The notes below the pieces were generated by a model, which did not search any database, had not been told where the DNA came from, and saw only the letters and a program-made list of their open reading frames with translations. Positions 1-7,007 of a stretch of DNA of 64,000 nt are shown here, in pieces. The number at the start of each line of letters is the position of its first letter. Positions within the stretch are counted from its first letter, which is position 1. A program made the translations under genes and the position numbers. This DNA is from a virus (taxonomy: Duplodnaviria; Heunggongvirae; Uroviricota; Caudoviricetes): positions 1 to 64,000 of the IMG/VR virus record IMGVR_UViG_3300031555_003801; one strand, given 5' to 3'.

Positions 1-133
1 TTTTTAAAAACAGAAAATATTACTTTAGAAGAAATAGTAAATAAATATACTTTTAGTAAATATATTTATTATTTACCTTTAGATAATAATCAAAATAATG
101 ATTATAAAATTATAAAAAGGAAAATTAAAAAAT

Positions 134-943
134 ATGAATAATAAATATGCTTATGCAACAGCGATAACAAATGATAATTATATTCCTTGTATAATTTTAA
201 ATAAAAGAATAATGGATTATTTAAAATGTAAATATCCTTTTATTGTCTTAATAGCTGGAGAAGTTACAGAACAAGGAATTAAACAAATGAAAGATTTTGG
301 AATTATTGTTTAGAAAACTGAATTATTTTCTTTATATGATAGAAATTCAAATCATAAATATGCAAGTTTTCATTTTTCTCCGATATCTTTAATAGAATAT
401 GATTTATTAATGATATTTGAAGCTGATGTTGTTTTATTAAATAATATTGAAAATAAATTTGATTTTTATTATAATCAATTAACATTGGCATAGCATGATT
501 TTTTATTTCCTCCAAATAATTTATTAGAATATAATTGTAAAAAAAATAAAATATTTCAAGATTTTGAAACTTTTGTCTTTTTTTGCAAACCAAATATCAA
601 TAATTATAATAAAATTATACAATTACATAATTATAAAATAAATAATAAAACAAATATAATTTCAGATCATGATATTATGAGAGTTTTATTTTATCATAAT
701 ATAAATTATAAAATAAAAATTTTAAAAAGTTTACAATAGTTCCATTTTGTTGGCACTCCTAAAATTTGGAATTCTTTTAATCAAATAAAAATTATAAAAA
801 ATATTTTTTATAATTATAATTTGGAAATAGATTATATTTATAATTTTTTAATAAATAATATTACTAAAATAAAGCAATTATTTATTTATGATTATACCTC
901 TTTTATAAAAAATTTTTATTTATTGGGAGAAAAATATGAATAA
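134..943 (+). CDS. Glycosyltransferase family 8 (glycogenin/LPS glucosyltransferase-like) protein, read through 3 in-frame TAG codons (311, 491, 737)
   Basis: Manual translation: N-terminal AYATAITNDNYIPCIIL (GT8-like) and DxD-type motif IFEADVVLL. A continuous 269-codon frame exists only if TAG is sense. RBS-like AAGGAAA sits upstream. Confidence 0.55.
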
Positions 944-1712
944 TTATGCTTATTGTACTATAGTAACAGATAAAAAATATATTCCTTATATTATTAGAAC
1001 GTAGCAAAGATTAAAATATCTTCAATCAAAATATCCTTTTATTATTTTAATAACAGAAAATATTTATAATAAATATAAGAATATAATAGAAAAAAATAAT
1101 ATTATATATAAAATTATTGATTCTTTATCTTTTGAAATTGAAGATAAACATTATAAAGATACTTTAAATAAATTTCAGATTTTAAATTTAATAGAATATG
1201 AAATTGTTTTATTTCTAGATGCAGATATTATTATTTATAATAATATAGATAATGTTTTTAAAGAATATAATTTTTCAAAAAATAAACCTTTTTATTTATT
1301 TTGTAAAAATTTTAAACAAAAAATAATTCCAGGTGTTTATGGAGCTTATTTTTTCTGTCGACCCAATAAAGAACTTTATAATAAATATATATTAAACAAT
1401 AATATAATAAAAAATATAGAAAATGATTAGGCTTTTTTAAATATTTACTTTTATAACTGTTTATCAAATATAAAATCTGATGATACTATTATTCATAAAA
1501 ATTGTATTCATTTTGCAGGACAATTGAAATTAGCAGATTTATAGTTTTTTTCATTTTTTAAAAATTTTTTTATTGACTGGGAAGAAAAAACATTTAATTC
1601 TTTTTTAGATGATGAAAAAAATATTGATAATTTACAAAAATTAATAATTATTGCTGTACAAACTGAAAAAGAATTAAATAAAATAATAAAAAAAATAAAT
1701 TATAAATTTTAA
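936..1712 (+). CDS. GT8 glycosyltransferase paralog, 3 in-frame TAG codons (1002, 1428, 1542)
   Basis: Codon-by-codon translation from ATG 936 to TAA 1710-1712. Motifs AYCTIVTDKKYIPYII and LFLDADIIIY (DxD). It is a tandem paralog of 134..943 and overlaps its stop. Confidence 0.55.
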
Positions 1713-1837
1713 TTGATTTTTTAAAAAATATATGATATAATATATTATAATAAAAATTAAGAGAGGAAAATTTTAGAAGTTTTCCTCTCTTGGATATGTA
1801 TTTTTAATAAAAATTTTTATTTAAGAATTTTTATTAA

Positions 1838-1952
1838 AGGCACATACAGCAAATCCTCAATTGCGAGAATGGCTCAATGGTAGAGCATAAGTCTGATAAA
1901 CTTACGGTTATTGGTTCGAATCCAATTTTTTGCACAAAATTGAAAGGTGCCT
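1838..1952 (+). repeat. Hairpin-flanked element 'a': inverted repeat AGGCAC/GTGCCT with conserved ACAGCAAA just 3' of the left arm; encloses an intact tRNA-Ile
   Basis: ggcacat-ACAGCAAA at 1839-1853 and gtgcct at 1947-1952. Member of an 8-copy family (see findings). Confidence 0.5.
1863..1934 (+). tRNA. tRNA-Ile (anticodon GAT)
   Basis: Hand-folded cloverleaf. Acceptor gcgagaa/tttttgc (2 G-U). D arm gctc-aatggta-gagc. Anticodon arm taagt-ctGATaa-actta. T arm attgg-ttcgaat-ccaat. Confidence 0.65.
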
Positions 1953-1969
1953 AGAAAAAATATCATAAT

Positions 1970-1998
1970 TTGAAAAATTAAAAAAAATATGATATAAT
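1970..1998 (+). promoter_or_regulatory. sigma70-like promoter: TTGAAA-N17-TATAAT, extended -10 (TGaTATAAT)
   Basis: ttgaaa 1970-1975, 17-nt A-rich spacer ending atatga, tataat 1993-1998. Member of a recurrent promoter family. Confidence 0.6.
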
Positions 1999-2137
1999 AT
2001 TTATATAATAAAGGTTAAAAAACTTTTATTAAAAAATCCTATTTTATATAGGTTGGTGCGGTCGCATTTCCTTTCCGCCATAATGAACGGAAAACGCATA
2101 GGTTAAAAGGTTCCTATTCAAAAAAACCTATAAATAT

Positions 2138-2213
2138 GGGATTGTAGCTCTAGCGGGAGAGCGCCTGGCTTGCATCCAGGAGGTCGTGGGTTCAAATCCC
2201 ACCAGTTCCACCA
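2138..2213 (+). tRNA. tRNA-Ala (anticodon TGC), CCA encoded
   Basis: Acceptor gggattg/cagttcc. D arm gctc-tagcggga-gagc. Anticodon arm cctgg-ctTGCat-ccagg. T arm gtggg-ttcaaat-cccac. 3' acca. Confidence 0.75.
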
Positions 2214-2309
2214 GAAGCGTCGGTTAATGATATCTATGCCGAATAGCCAAAGAGAAGTTCTCAATACGGGTTGCAAACTGTTGCGATAAAATATTCTCCG
2301 CTTTGCCAT

Positions 2310-2384
2310 GTCTCCTTAGTTCAACGGACAGAATATTTGGCTACGAACCAGAAGATGAAGGTTCGATTCCTTTGGGGGATACCA
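2310..2384 (+). tRNA. tRNA-like, probable tRNA-Arg (anticodon ACG), irregular D arm
   Basis: Anticodon arm tttgg-ctACGaa-ccaga. T arm gaagg-ttcgatt-ccttt. CCA present. The acceptor needs 3 G-U pairs and the D arm is unclear. Confidence 0.35.
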
Positions 2385-2471
2385 CAATTATCTAAAAAAC
2401 TATATGAAGTCAAGTTTCAGTTTCTTCTTTCCTTTCTTATTTGGCTGTTTTAAAGACTTCTTAAAAATTTT

Positions 2472-2593
2472 GCTAGACACTTACAGCAAAACATATTGGG
2501 AACAATATATCGTGAGTTCGAGTCTCACTCCGTCCGCCATTAAATTGGACAGATCGCCTAGTTGGTAAGGCAATTATATTTTGAGTGTCTAGC
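2472..2593 (+). tRNA. Candidate circularly permuted tRNA-Pro (anticodon TGG): 3' half precedes 5' half, whole unit enclosed by 9-bp inverted repeat GCTAGACAC/GTGTCTAGC and preceded by ACAGCAAA
   Basis: 3' half: T arm gtgag-ttcgagt-ctcac (2512-2528), acceptor 3' strand tccgtcc + g + CCA (2529-2539). 7-nt linker ttaaatt. 5' half: acceptor 5' strand ggacaga (2547-2553, pairs with tccgtcc with 1 A-C), D arm gcct-agttggta-aggc, anticodon-stem strand attat. Both halves carry ATT at the junction; the joined loop would be aTTGGga. Confidence 0.45.
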
Positions 2594-2627
2594 AAAATTT
2601 TTAAGCAAAAGTAAAAAATCTTTTATT

Positions 2628-2655
2628 TGAAAATTTTATAAAAAAATGTTATAAT
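2628..2655 (+). promoter_or_regulatory. sigma70-like promoter TTGAAA-N17-TATAAT (extended -10 TGtTATAAT)
   Basis: ttgaaa 2627-2632, tataat 2650-2655. Confidence 0.6.
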
Positions 2656-2822
2656 ATATTATAATAAAAAATAAAAATTGGTAGTACCCAGAAAATTCCG
2701 GGCATTGGGAGATGGGTCTAAAGGAACAAGTGACCTTATGAAGCGTAGGAATTACCAATTTATATTAGGTGGGAACCAGCCTTGATCCTCTTAATTTAAG
2801 AGTCTAAAATGGTCTTTAATAT

Positions 2823-2894
2823 TGGGGCGTCGCCAAGTGGTAAGGCACAGGGTTTTGATCCCTGCATCCGTAGGTTCGAATCCTACCGCCTCAG
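2823..2894 (+). tRNA. tRNA-Gln (anticodon TTG)
   Basis: Acceptor tggggcg/cgcctca. D arm gcc-aagtggtaa-ggc. Anticodon arm caggg-ttTTGat-ccctg. T arm gtagg-ttcgaat-cctac. Confidence 0.7.
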
Positions 2895-2896
2895 CG

Positions 2897-2955
2897 GTAT
2901 CAAGAGATAAACCTTCACGTGGTGATACTGATTTCGACAGATTATCTCAAAAAAA
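2897..2955 (+). repeat. Copy 1 of a ~55-nt structured element (GAGATAA ... TTATCTC stem around ACCTTCACGTGGTGATACTGATTTCGACAGA), followed by an A-run
   Basis: Near-identical to 10812-10866 (1 substitution). A diverged third copy at 5044-5100 has compensatory stem changes. Each copy follows an RNA gene 3' end. Confidence 0.5.
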
Positions 2956-2979
2956 TAAATAAAAAGGAGCTATTTAATT

Positions 2980-3597
2980 ATGGCATACATTTATAAAATT
3001 ACTAATTAGATTAATCAAAAATCTTATATTGGAAAAACTTCTAAAATAAATCCACAAAGAAGATGGATGGAACATAAAGCAGATAGTAATAATCCTAATA
3101 GAAATCATAGAGCTTTATATAAAGCTATGAATAAATATGGAATAGATAATTTTATTTTTGAAATTATTGAAGAAACTAATTTGCCAGAAGAACGAGAAAT
3201 ATATTATATACAATATTATAATACTTATCATAATGGTTATAATGAAACTCTCGGCGGAGATGGTGGTAAATATTTAGATTTACCAGAACAAGAAATTTGT
3301 AAATTCTATTTAAAAAATAGAAATTTAAAAGATACCGCTGAGTTTTTTAATCATGATCAATTAACTATTAAACAAGTATTATATAAATATAATATAGAAA
3401 TTATTTCTTCTTATGAAGTTTTAAAAGAAAAAACTTCTAAACCAGTTGCGAAATTAGATAAAAATACAGAAGAAATAATTGAAATTTATCCATCAGTTAT
3501 TGAAGCAGAAAGACAAAATTCATGTCATTCACATATAAAAGATGTTTGTCATGGAAAAAGAAAAACTGCTGGCGGATTTAAATGGAAATTTATATAA
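2980..3597 (+). CDS. GIY-YIG homing endonuclease, 1 in-frame TAG (3007)
   Basis: MAYIYKITN*INQKSYIGKT...RRWMEH (GIY-YIG motifs) continuing into the ORF-track frame 3067..3597. RBS AAGGAG at 2965. Lies inside the tRNA array. Confidence 0.7.
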
Positions 3598-3598
3598 T

Positions 3599-3674
3599 GG
3601 GATTATAGCTCAAAAGTGAAGAGCGATGGTCGAAAGATTGGAGGTTGTGAGTTCAAATCTCACTAATCCCACCA
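3599..3674 (+). tRNA. tRNA-like gene with non-pairing anticodon stem (possible pseudo-tRNA)
   Basis: Acceptor gggatta/taatccc is perfect. D arm gctc-aaaagtgaa-gagc. T arm gtgag-ttcaaat-ctcac. CCA present. The region atggtcgaaagattgga does not form an anticodon stem. Confidence 0.35.
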
Positions 3675-3771
3675 ACGGGCAGAAGTGTAGCAAATATGTG
3701 GCTGCCAAGAGAAGAAAACAAACCACGATGTGCGGGCAGTTGGGGACCTAACCCTAGCTGTAATTTAATAA

Positions 3772-3836
3772 AAAGATGCTAACAGCGATCTTAATGCAAG
3801 CATGCAAATCCTTCCAAGATTTAATAATAGCATCTT
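3772..3836 (+). repeat. Hairpin-flanked element 'h': AAAGATGCTA / TAGCATCTT inverted repeat with ACAGCGA after the left arm
   Basis: Variant member of the ACAGCAAA hairpin family. Confidence 0.4.
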
Positions 3837-3864
3837 GTATTTTCTTCCAAAAGGAGGAAAAAAA

Positions 3865-4146
3865 ATGTAGAATGAGATTTTAAATTTCATTAAACGACGT
3901 TGGAGTATTGACGCAAATTGGACTAATGGAAATTGTTTATGGTTTGCCAAAATTCTTCAATTACGCTTTCCGCAAATTCAAATATATTACCTTCCAATTA
4001 TAGGTCATTTTATTGTTTCTGATGGAGAAAATTACTATGATTGGAATGGAATTTATCTTCCAGAAGAAGAACCAATTAATTGGGAGGAATTGCGGAAAAG
4101 CGATTTTTTATGGGCTGAACGATTGATAAGAGATTGTTGGCTCTGA
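3865..4146 (+). CDS. Small hypothetical protein (93 aa) whose second codon is TAG (ATG TAG AAT...)
   Basis: Strong RBS AAGGAGGA 3851-3858. Reading frame M*NEILNFIKRRWSIDANWTNGNCLWFAKILQ...RDCWL with stop TGA 4144-4146. Confidence 0.4.
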
Positions 4147-4149
4147 TAT

Positions 4150-4235
4150 AGGTGGGCGGCAGAGTTGGAGAGCTGCGCCGGACTGTAAATCCGGTGCCTC
4201 AGGCTGAGTGGGTTCGAATCCCACCCCACCTACCA
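4150..4235 (+). tRNA. tRNA-Tyr (anticodon GTA), class II (long variable arm)
   Basis: Acceptor aggtggg/cccacct. Anticodon arm ccgga-ctGTAaa-tccgg. Variable arm tgcctcaggctgag. T arm gtggg-ttcgaat-cccac. CCA present. Confidence 0.75.
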
Positions 4236-4374
4236 TATATGTCATTTGCGCAATGACCTCGTTGGGAGAAAGGTCCCTCACGTTCAATACGAGAAACATA
4301 GCGGCCTCTATACTTTTCGCTTATCCGTTCTCTTCGTATATGCAGAAAGGCTATAAAAAGTTGAACATAATATA

Positions 4375-4448
4375 CCCTTAGTAGTCTAGTGGTAGGACGA
4401 CAGATTGTGATTCTGTTTGCGGCAGTTCAATTCTGCCCTAGGGGACCA
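4375..4448 (+). tRNA. tRNA-His (anticodon GTG)
   Basis: Acceptor cccttag/ctagggg. D arm gtc-tagtggtag-gac. Anticodon arm acaga-ttGTGat-tctgt. T arm ggcag-ttcaatt-ctgcc. CCA present. Confidence 0.7.
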
Positions 4449-4453
4449 ATATG

Positions 4454-4533
4454 TAGGCACATGTACCAAGGCTGGCGACGGAGTCTCCAAAATTCCGTGT
4501 GGTGGGTTCGATTCCCAACTGTCTATGCCAAAA
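4454..4533 (+). tRNA. tRNA-like sequence (canonical T arm and 3' CCA, unresolved D/anticodon arms)
   Basis: T arm tggg-ttcgatt-ccca followed by tgtctat-g-cca. Possible acceptor partner gtaggca. The anticodon region cggagtctccaaaattccg has an over-long loop. Confidence 0.3.
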
Positions 4534-4549
4534 AATAAAAATCAAAAAT

Positions 4550-4578
4550 TTGATTTTTATAAAAAAATATTGTATAAT
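4550..4578 (+). promoter_or_regulatory. sigma70-like promoter TTGATT-N17-TATAAT
   Basis: ttgatt 4550-4555, tataat 4573-4578 (ttgTATAAT). Confidence 0.55.
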
Positions 4579-4725
4579 ATATATACAATAAAAAAATAAA
4601 TAAAAATACTGAAAAAACTTGGATCCCATAAGTTGATTTAGTAAAGTGAGGGAATGGGTATAGGCCTCCGCTTTTAAAATGGCATTGAAAAATATGTACT
4701 GCTAAATCTTAGGTATTTTTTATAT

Positions 4726-4800
4726 GGTTTATTAGTTCATCGGTTAGAATGCCGGTTTGTCAGGCCGGAGAGGCGGGTTCGATTCCCGCATAAACCGCCA
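4726..4800 (+). tRNA. tRNA-Asp (anticodon GTC)
   Basis: Acceptor ggtttat/ataaacc. Anticodon arm ccggt-ttGTCag-gccgg. T arm gcggg-ttcgatt-cccgc. CCA present. Confidence 0.75.
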
Positions 4801-5043
4801 ATTTGCCCAATTAAATCTTGTATGGAGATTATAGTGGCTTTGGTCGGCCTCGGACCTAAGTAATGGCGATGAGGATATTTTTGAGATTGATTGGTATGCT
4901 CTTCACAGGTTTAGAAGAAACTAAAGATTGCGTATTACCCCCGGACGGTTAAGATTTTCAGATAAGGGTTAAGTTAGGTAAGAAAATCAATTGCATGCAA
5001 GGGTTTCATCATTTCCCTCACTGCGGTGGAAAAATGATAAATG

Positions 5044-5100
5044 ACTCACTATGTAAAAGAACCTTCTCGTGGTGTGAGTTGATTTCGACAGATACTTTTA
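5044..5100 (+). repeat. Diverged copy 3 of the ~55-nt structured element: stem GTAAAAG/CTTTTAC around AACCTTCTCGTGGTGTGAGTTGATTTCGACAGATA
   Basis: Core conserved with copies at 2897 and 10812. The outer stem sequence is different but still complementary (covariation). Confidence 0.45.
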
Positions 5101-5706
5101 CAAAAAAATAAATGCTAAATAACTCAGTGCTAAACTGTATCTCGCAGATATGGCTGAGGTATGCGGAAAATGGTCGGCAGAAAACGAAGCAGGGATACCT
5201 GTTGATACTGGCCCGCTGGTTCTAAGGTGACGAAGTTCCAGAAGAGGAGAGAACTCCCAAACGAAACGCATAGCATTTCATATATCGCAAATAAAAGCAG
5301 TAAGCGAATGGGCGAGGCAATAGAAAGCTCTGTGAATAGCGGAGCCGAATCCAAGTTAGGGTTTAGCTGGTGACTGTATCAATCCTTGGAAATACCAACA
5401 ACTCGTTTGGCCGTGAAGCAGAGAAATCTGTGTATAACATTTGCGCGCAACGTCCGAGTAGGTCAAGGCTATATTGCAATTCAAATTTTTGAAAGTTCTT
5501 ATTTGTTGTAGAAGAATTAACAAGAAATTTACTGAATTGTGGCTGAAAGGTGTGGGTAATCAATCCCGCATAGGACATTGGCTTTTAAAGCTGGGTTAAA
5601 AAAGTCACTGGGGTAGCTCCCCTAGGCTCAGATTTAACTCCCTATTGGCTGAATATATTTGAAGATATGTGACGTAGAACGAAGGTTCATTTAGCATTTT
5701 TTTTAT

Positions 5707-5780
5707 GCGGTATTGGTGTAGAGGTAACATAAGAGCCTTCCAAGCTTGGGTCGCGGGTTCGATTCCCGCATACCGCTCCA
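5707..5780 (+). tRNA. tRNA-Gly (anticodon TCC)
   Basis: Acceptor gcggtat/ataccgc. Anticodon arm agagc-ctTCCaa-gcttg. T arm gcggg-ttcgatt-cccgc. CCA present. Confidence 0.65.
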
Positions 5781-5784
5781 TTAT

Positions 5785-5858
5785 GTGCTAGATTCTTTGC
5801 GGCGAGGAAGTGGTCTGCAAAACCATCAGAGTTGGTTCGACTCCAACCTAGCACTCCA
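5785..5858 (+). tRNA. tRNA-Cys (anticodon GCA)
   Basis: Acceptor gtgctag/ctagcac is perfect. Anticodon arm gtggt-ctGCAaa-accat. T arm gttgg-ttcgact-ccaac. CCA present. Confidence 0.7.
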
Positions 5859-5934
5859 AAAATAATTTGCCGGCATGGCGCAATGGTAGCGCAGGACATT
5901 TGTAATGTCAAGGCTGGGGGTTCAAGTCCCTCTG
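5859..5934 (+). tRNA. tRNA-Thr (anticodon TGT)
   Basis: Acceptor gccggca/tgccggc. D arm gcgc-aatggta-gcgc. Anticodon arm ggaca-ttTGTaa-tgtca. T arm ggggg-ttcaagt-ccctc. CCA present. Confidence 0.7.
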
Positions 5935-6087
5935 CCGGCTCCACTTCGCAGGATGATACTTGCGACAATAACTAATTAGATAACTTCTATCCTCTTTGGG
6001 AATGTTATTTGTGGATAGTCGTATAATAAACATTCCAATTATATAAAATGCCGAATTGGCCATCTGATTCGGCATTTATAAAAATGA

Positions 6088-6164
6088 TGCGGGGTAGACC
6101 AGTGGCTAAGTCGTTAGGCTCATAACCTAAAAATCGAGGGTTCGAGTCCCTCCCGCCGCAACCA
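6088..6164 (+). tRNA. tRNA-Met/fMet/Ile2-type (anticodon CAT)
   Basis: Anticodon arm ttagg-ctCATaa-cctaa is perfect. T arm gaggg-ttcgagt-ccctc. Acceptor tgcgggg/cgccgca has 1 mismatch. CCA present. Confidence 0.6.
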
Positions 6165-6180
6165 GTTAAAAAATCATAAT

Positions 6181-6209
6181 TTGAAAATTTAAAAAAATTA
6201 TGATATAAT
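6181..6209 (+). promoter_or_regulatory. sigma70-like promoter TTGAAA-N17-TATAAT
   Basis: ttgaaa 6181-6186, tataat 6204-6209 (tgaTATAAT). Lies upstream of hairpin element 'c'. Confidence 0.6.
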
Positions 6210-6263
6210 ATTTATATAATAAAAATTTTTAGGCATATACAGCAAATTGGTTTTTTCTTACAA

Positions 6264-6340
6264 ATAGTCTGCAAAACTAATGGTTGTTGGTTCGAGTCCA
6301 ACCTTGAGATTTTATCTCAAGTAGCTCAATTGGGAGAGCT
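6264..6340 (+). tRNA. Candidate circularly permuted tRNA-Cys (anticodon GCA): anticodon arm, T arm and acceptor 3' strand are followed by a 5-nt loop and then the acceptor 5' strand and D arm
   Basis: Anticodon arm atagt-ctGCAaa-actaa (6264-6280). T arm gttgg-ttcgagt-ccaac (6286-6302). Acceptor 3' cttgaga (6303-6309). Loop t+ttta. Acceptor 5' tctcaag (6315-6321) is the exact reverse complement. D arm gctc-aattggga-gagc (6324-6339). Leader ttctta (6255-6260) pairs with trailer taagaa (6344-6349), bringing positions 26/27 together. ACAGCAAA at 6239-6246. Confidence 0.5.
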
Positions 6341-6366
6341 TAATAAGAATATGTGTCTAGAATTAT

Positions 6367-6441
6367 TGGGGGGTGGCGCAATGGCGGCGCGGGTGGCTGT
6401 TAACCACAAGGCTGCGGGTTCGAGTCCCGCCCTCCCAGCCA
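6367..6441 (+). tRNA. tRNA-Asn (anticodon GTT)
   Basis: Acceptor tgggggg/cctccca (1 G-U). Anticodon loop ctGTTaa. T arm gcggg-ttcgagt-cccgc. CCA present. Confidence 0.7.
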
Positions 6442-6445
6442 TTAT

Positions 6446-6522
6446 GGTTCTATAGTGTAATAGGTAAACACATCAGGTTTTCAACCTGAAAAGTCTGGGT
6501 TCGATCCCCAGTAGAATCACCA
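6446..6522 (+). tRNA. tRNA-Glu (anticodon TTC)
   Basis: Acceptor ggttcta/tagaatc. D arm gtgt-aataggtaa-acac. Anticodon arm tcagg-ttTTCaa-cctga. T arm ctggg-ttcgatc-cccag. CCA present. Confidence 0.75.
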
Positions 6523-6789
6523 GGAAAACAATAATTAAAGAAATTGACAAAGGGAAGCCTTTTAAGAGAAAGTACCTGTACTATCTCGGATTAGCGGTTT
6601 ATTGTACCATAGTATACGGGTTTAGGTCGCCGCCATTGACGGGTCGCATAAGCGTCTATAAATAAAAGGTGTGCGTCTTGGTTTGGTAGTAAAATACGAT
6701 AGTCCATGTAGCGTAAGCGAAGTATAAACTACCACTATGAGTTGATAAATAATATGCTTGTTGTTTATCAGCTCTATTTTTTTCTCTTT

Positions 6790-6877
6790 GGAGGAGTACT
6801 CAAGTGGTTAAGAGGGCAGTTTGCTAAACTGTTAGGGTGTAACAGCCGCGTGGGTTCGAACCCCACCTCCTCCGCCA
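6790..6877 (+). tRNA. tRNA-Ser (anticodon GCT), class II
   Basis: Acceptor ggaggag/ctcctcc is perfect. Anticodon arm gcagt-ttGCTaa-actgt. Long variable arm. T arm gtggg-ttcgaac-cccac. CCA present. Confidence 0.75.
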
Positions 6878-6888
6878 AAAATCTTAAT

Positions 6889-6917
6889 TTGAAAAATTTA
6901 AAAAAATATGATATAAT
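6889..6917 (+). promoter_or_regulatory. sigma70-like promoter TTGAAA-N17-TATAAT
   Basis: ttgaaa 6889-6894, tataat 6912-6917. Immediately followed by hairpin element 'd'. Confidence 0.6.
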
Positions 6918-6926
6918 ATTTATATA

Positions 6927-7000
6927 AAGATGGTTACAGCAAATATTTTGATATAACACATTTAATTAGGGATTAAAAGCGTATTATAATAAACCATCTT
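6927..7000 (+). repeat. Hairpin-flanked element 'd': AAGATGGTT / AACCATCTT with ACAGCAAA (6936-6943)
   Basis: 9-bp inverted repeat. It starts about 10 nt downstream of the -10 element and ends 8 nt before the split tRNA. Confidence 0.5.
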
Positions 7001-7007
7001 GCATTAT

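Noticed and set aside
303-593. Minus-strand 96-aa ORF
   Set aside because: It is antisense to the GT8 glycosyltransferase frame, has low-complexity Ile/Asn/Tyr content, and no start context.
4108-4299. Minus-strand ORFs across the tRNA array (also 2118..2309, 5130..5354, 5363..5578, 5687..5968, 6774..6959, 9809..10255) and the plus-strand ORFs 2271..2453, 4417..4599, 6742..6927, 7540..7764
   Set aside because: They overlap well-formed tRNA genes, have no RBS, and contain tRNA-derived GC-rich codons. They are artefacts of stop-poor GC-richer tRNA sequence.
5100-5700. RNase P RNA gene
   Set aside because: Short similarities to conserved regions CR-I and CR-II/III are present, but they occur in the wrong 5'-3' order, and no P4 pairing partner was found. 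This was kept only as a low-priority check under the ncRNA finding.
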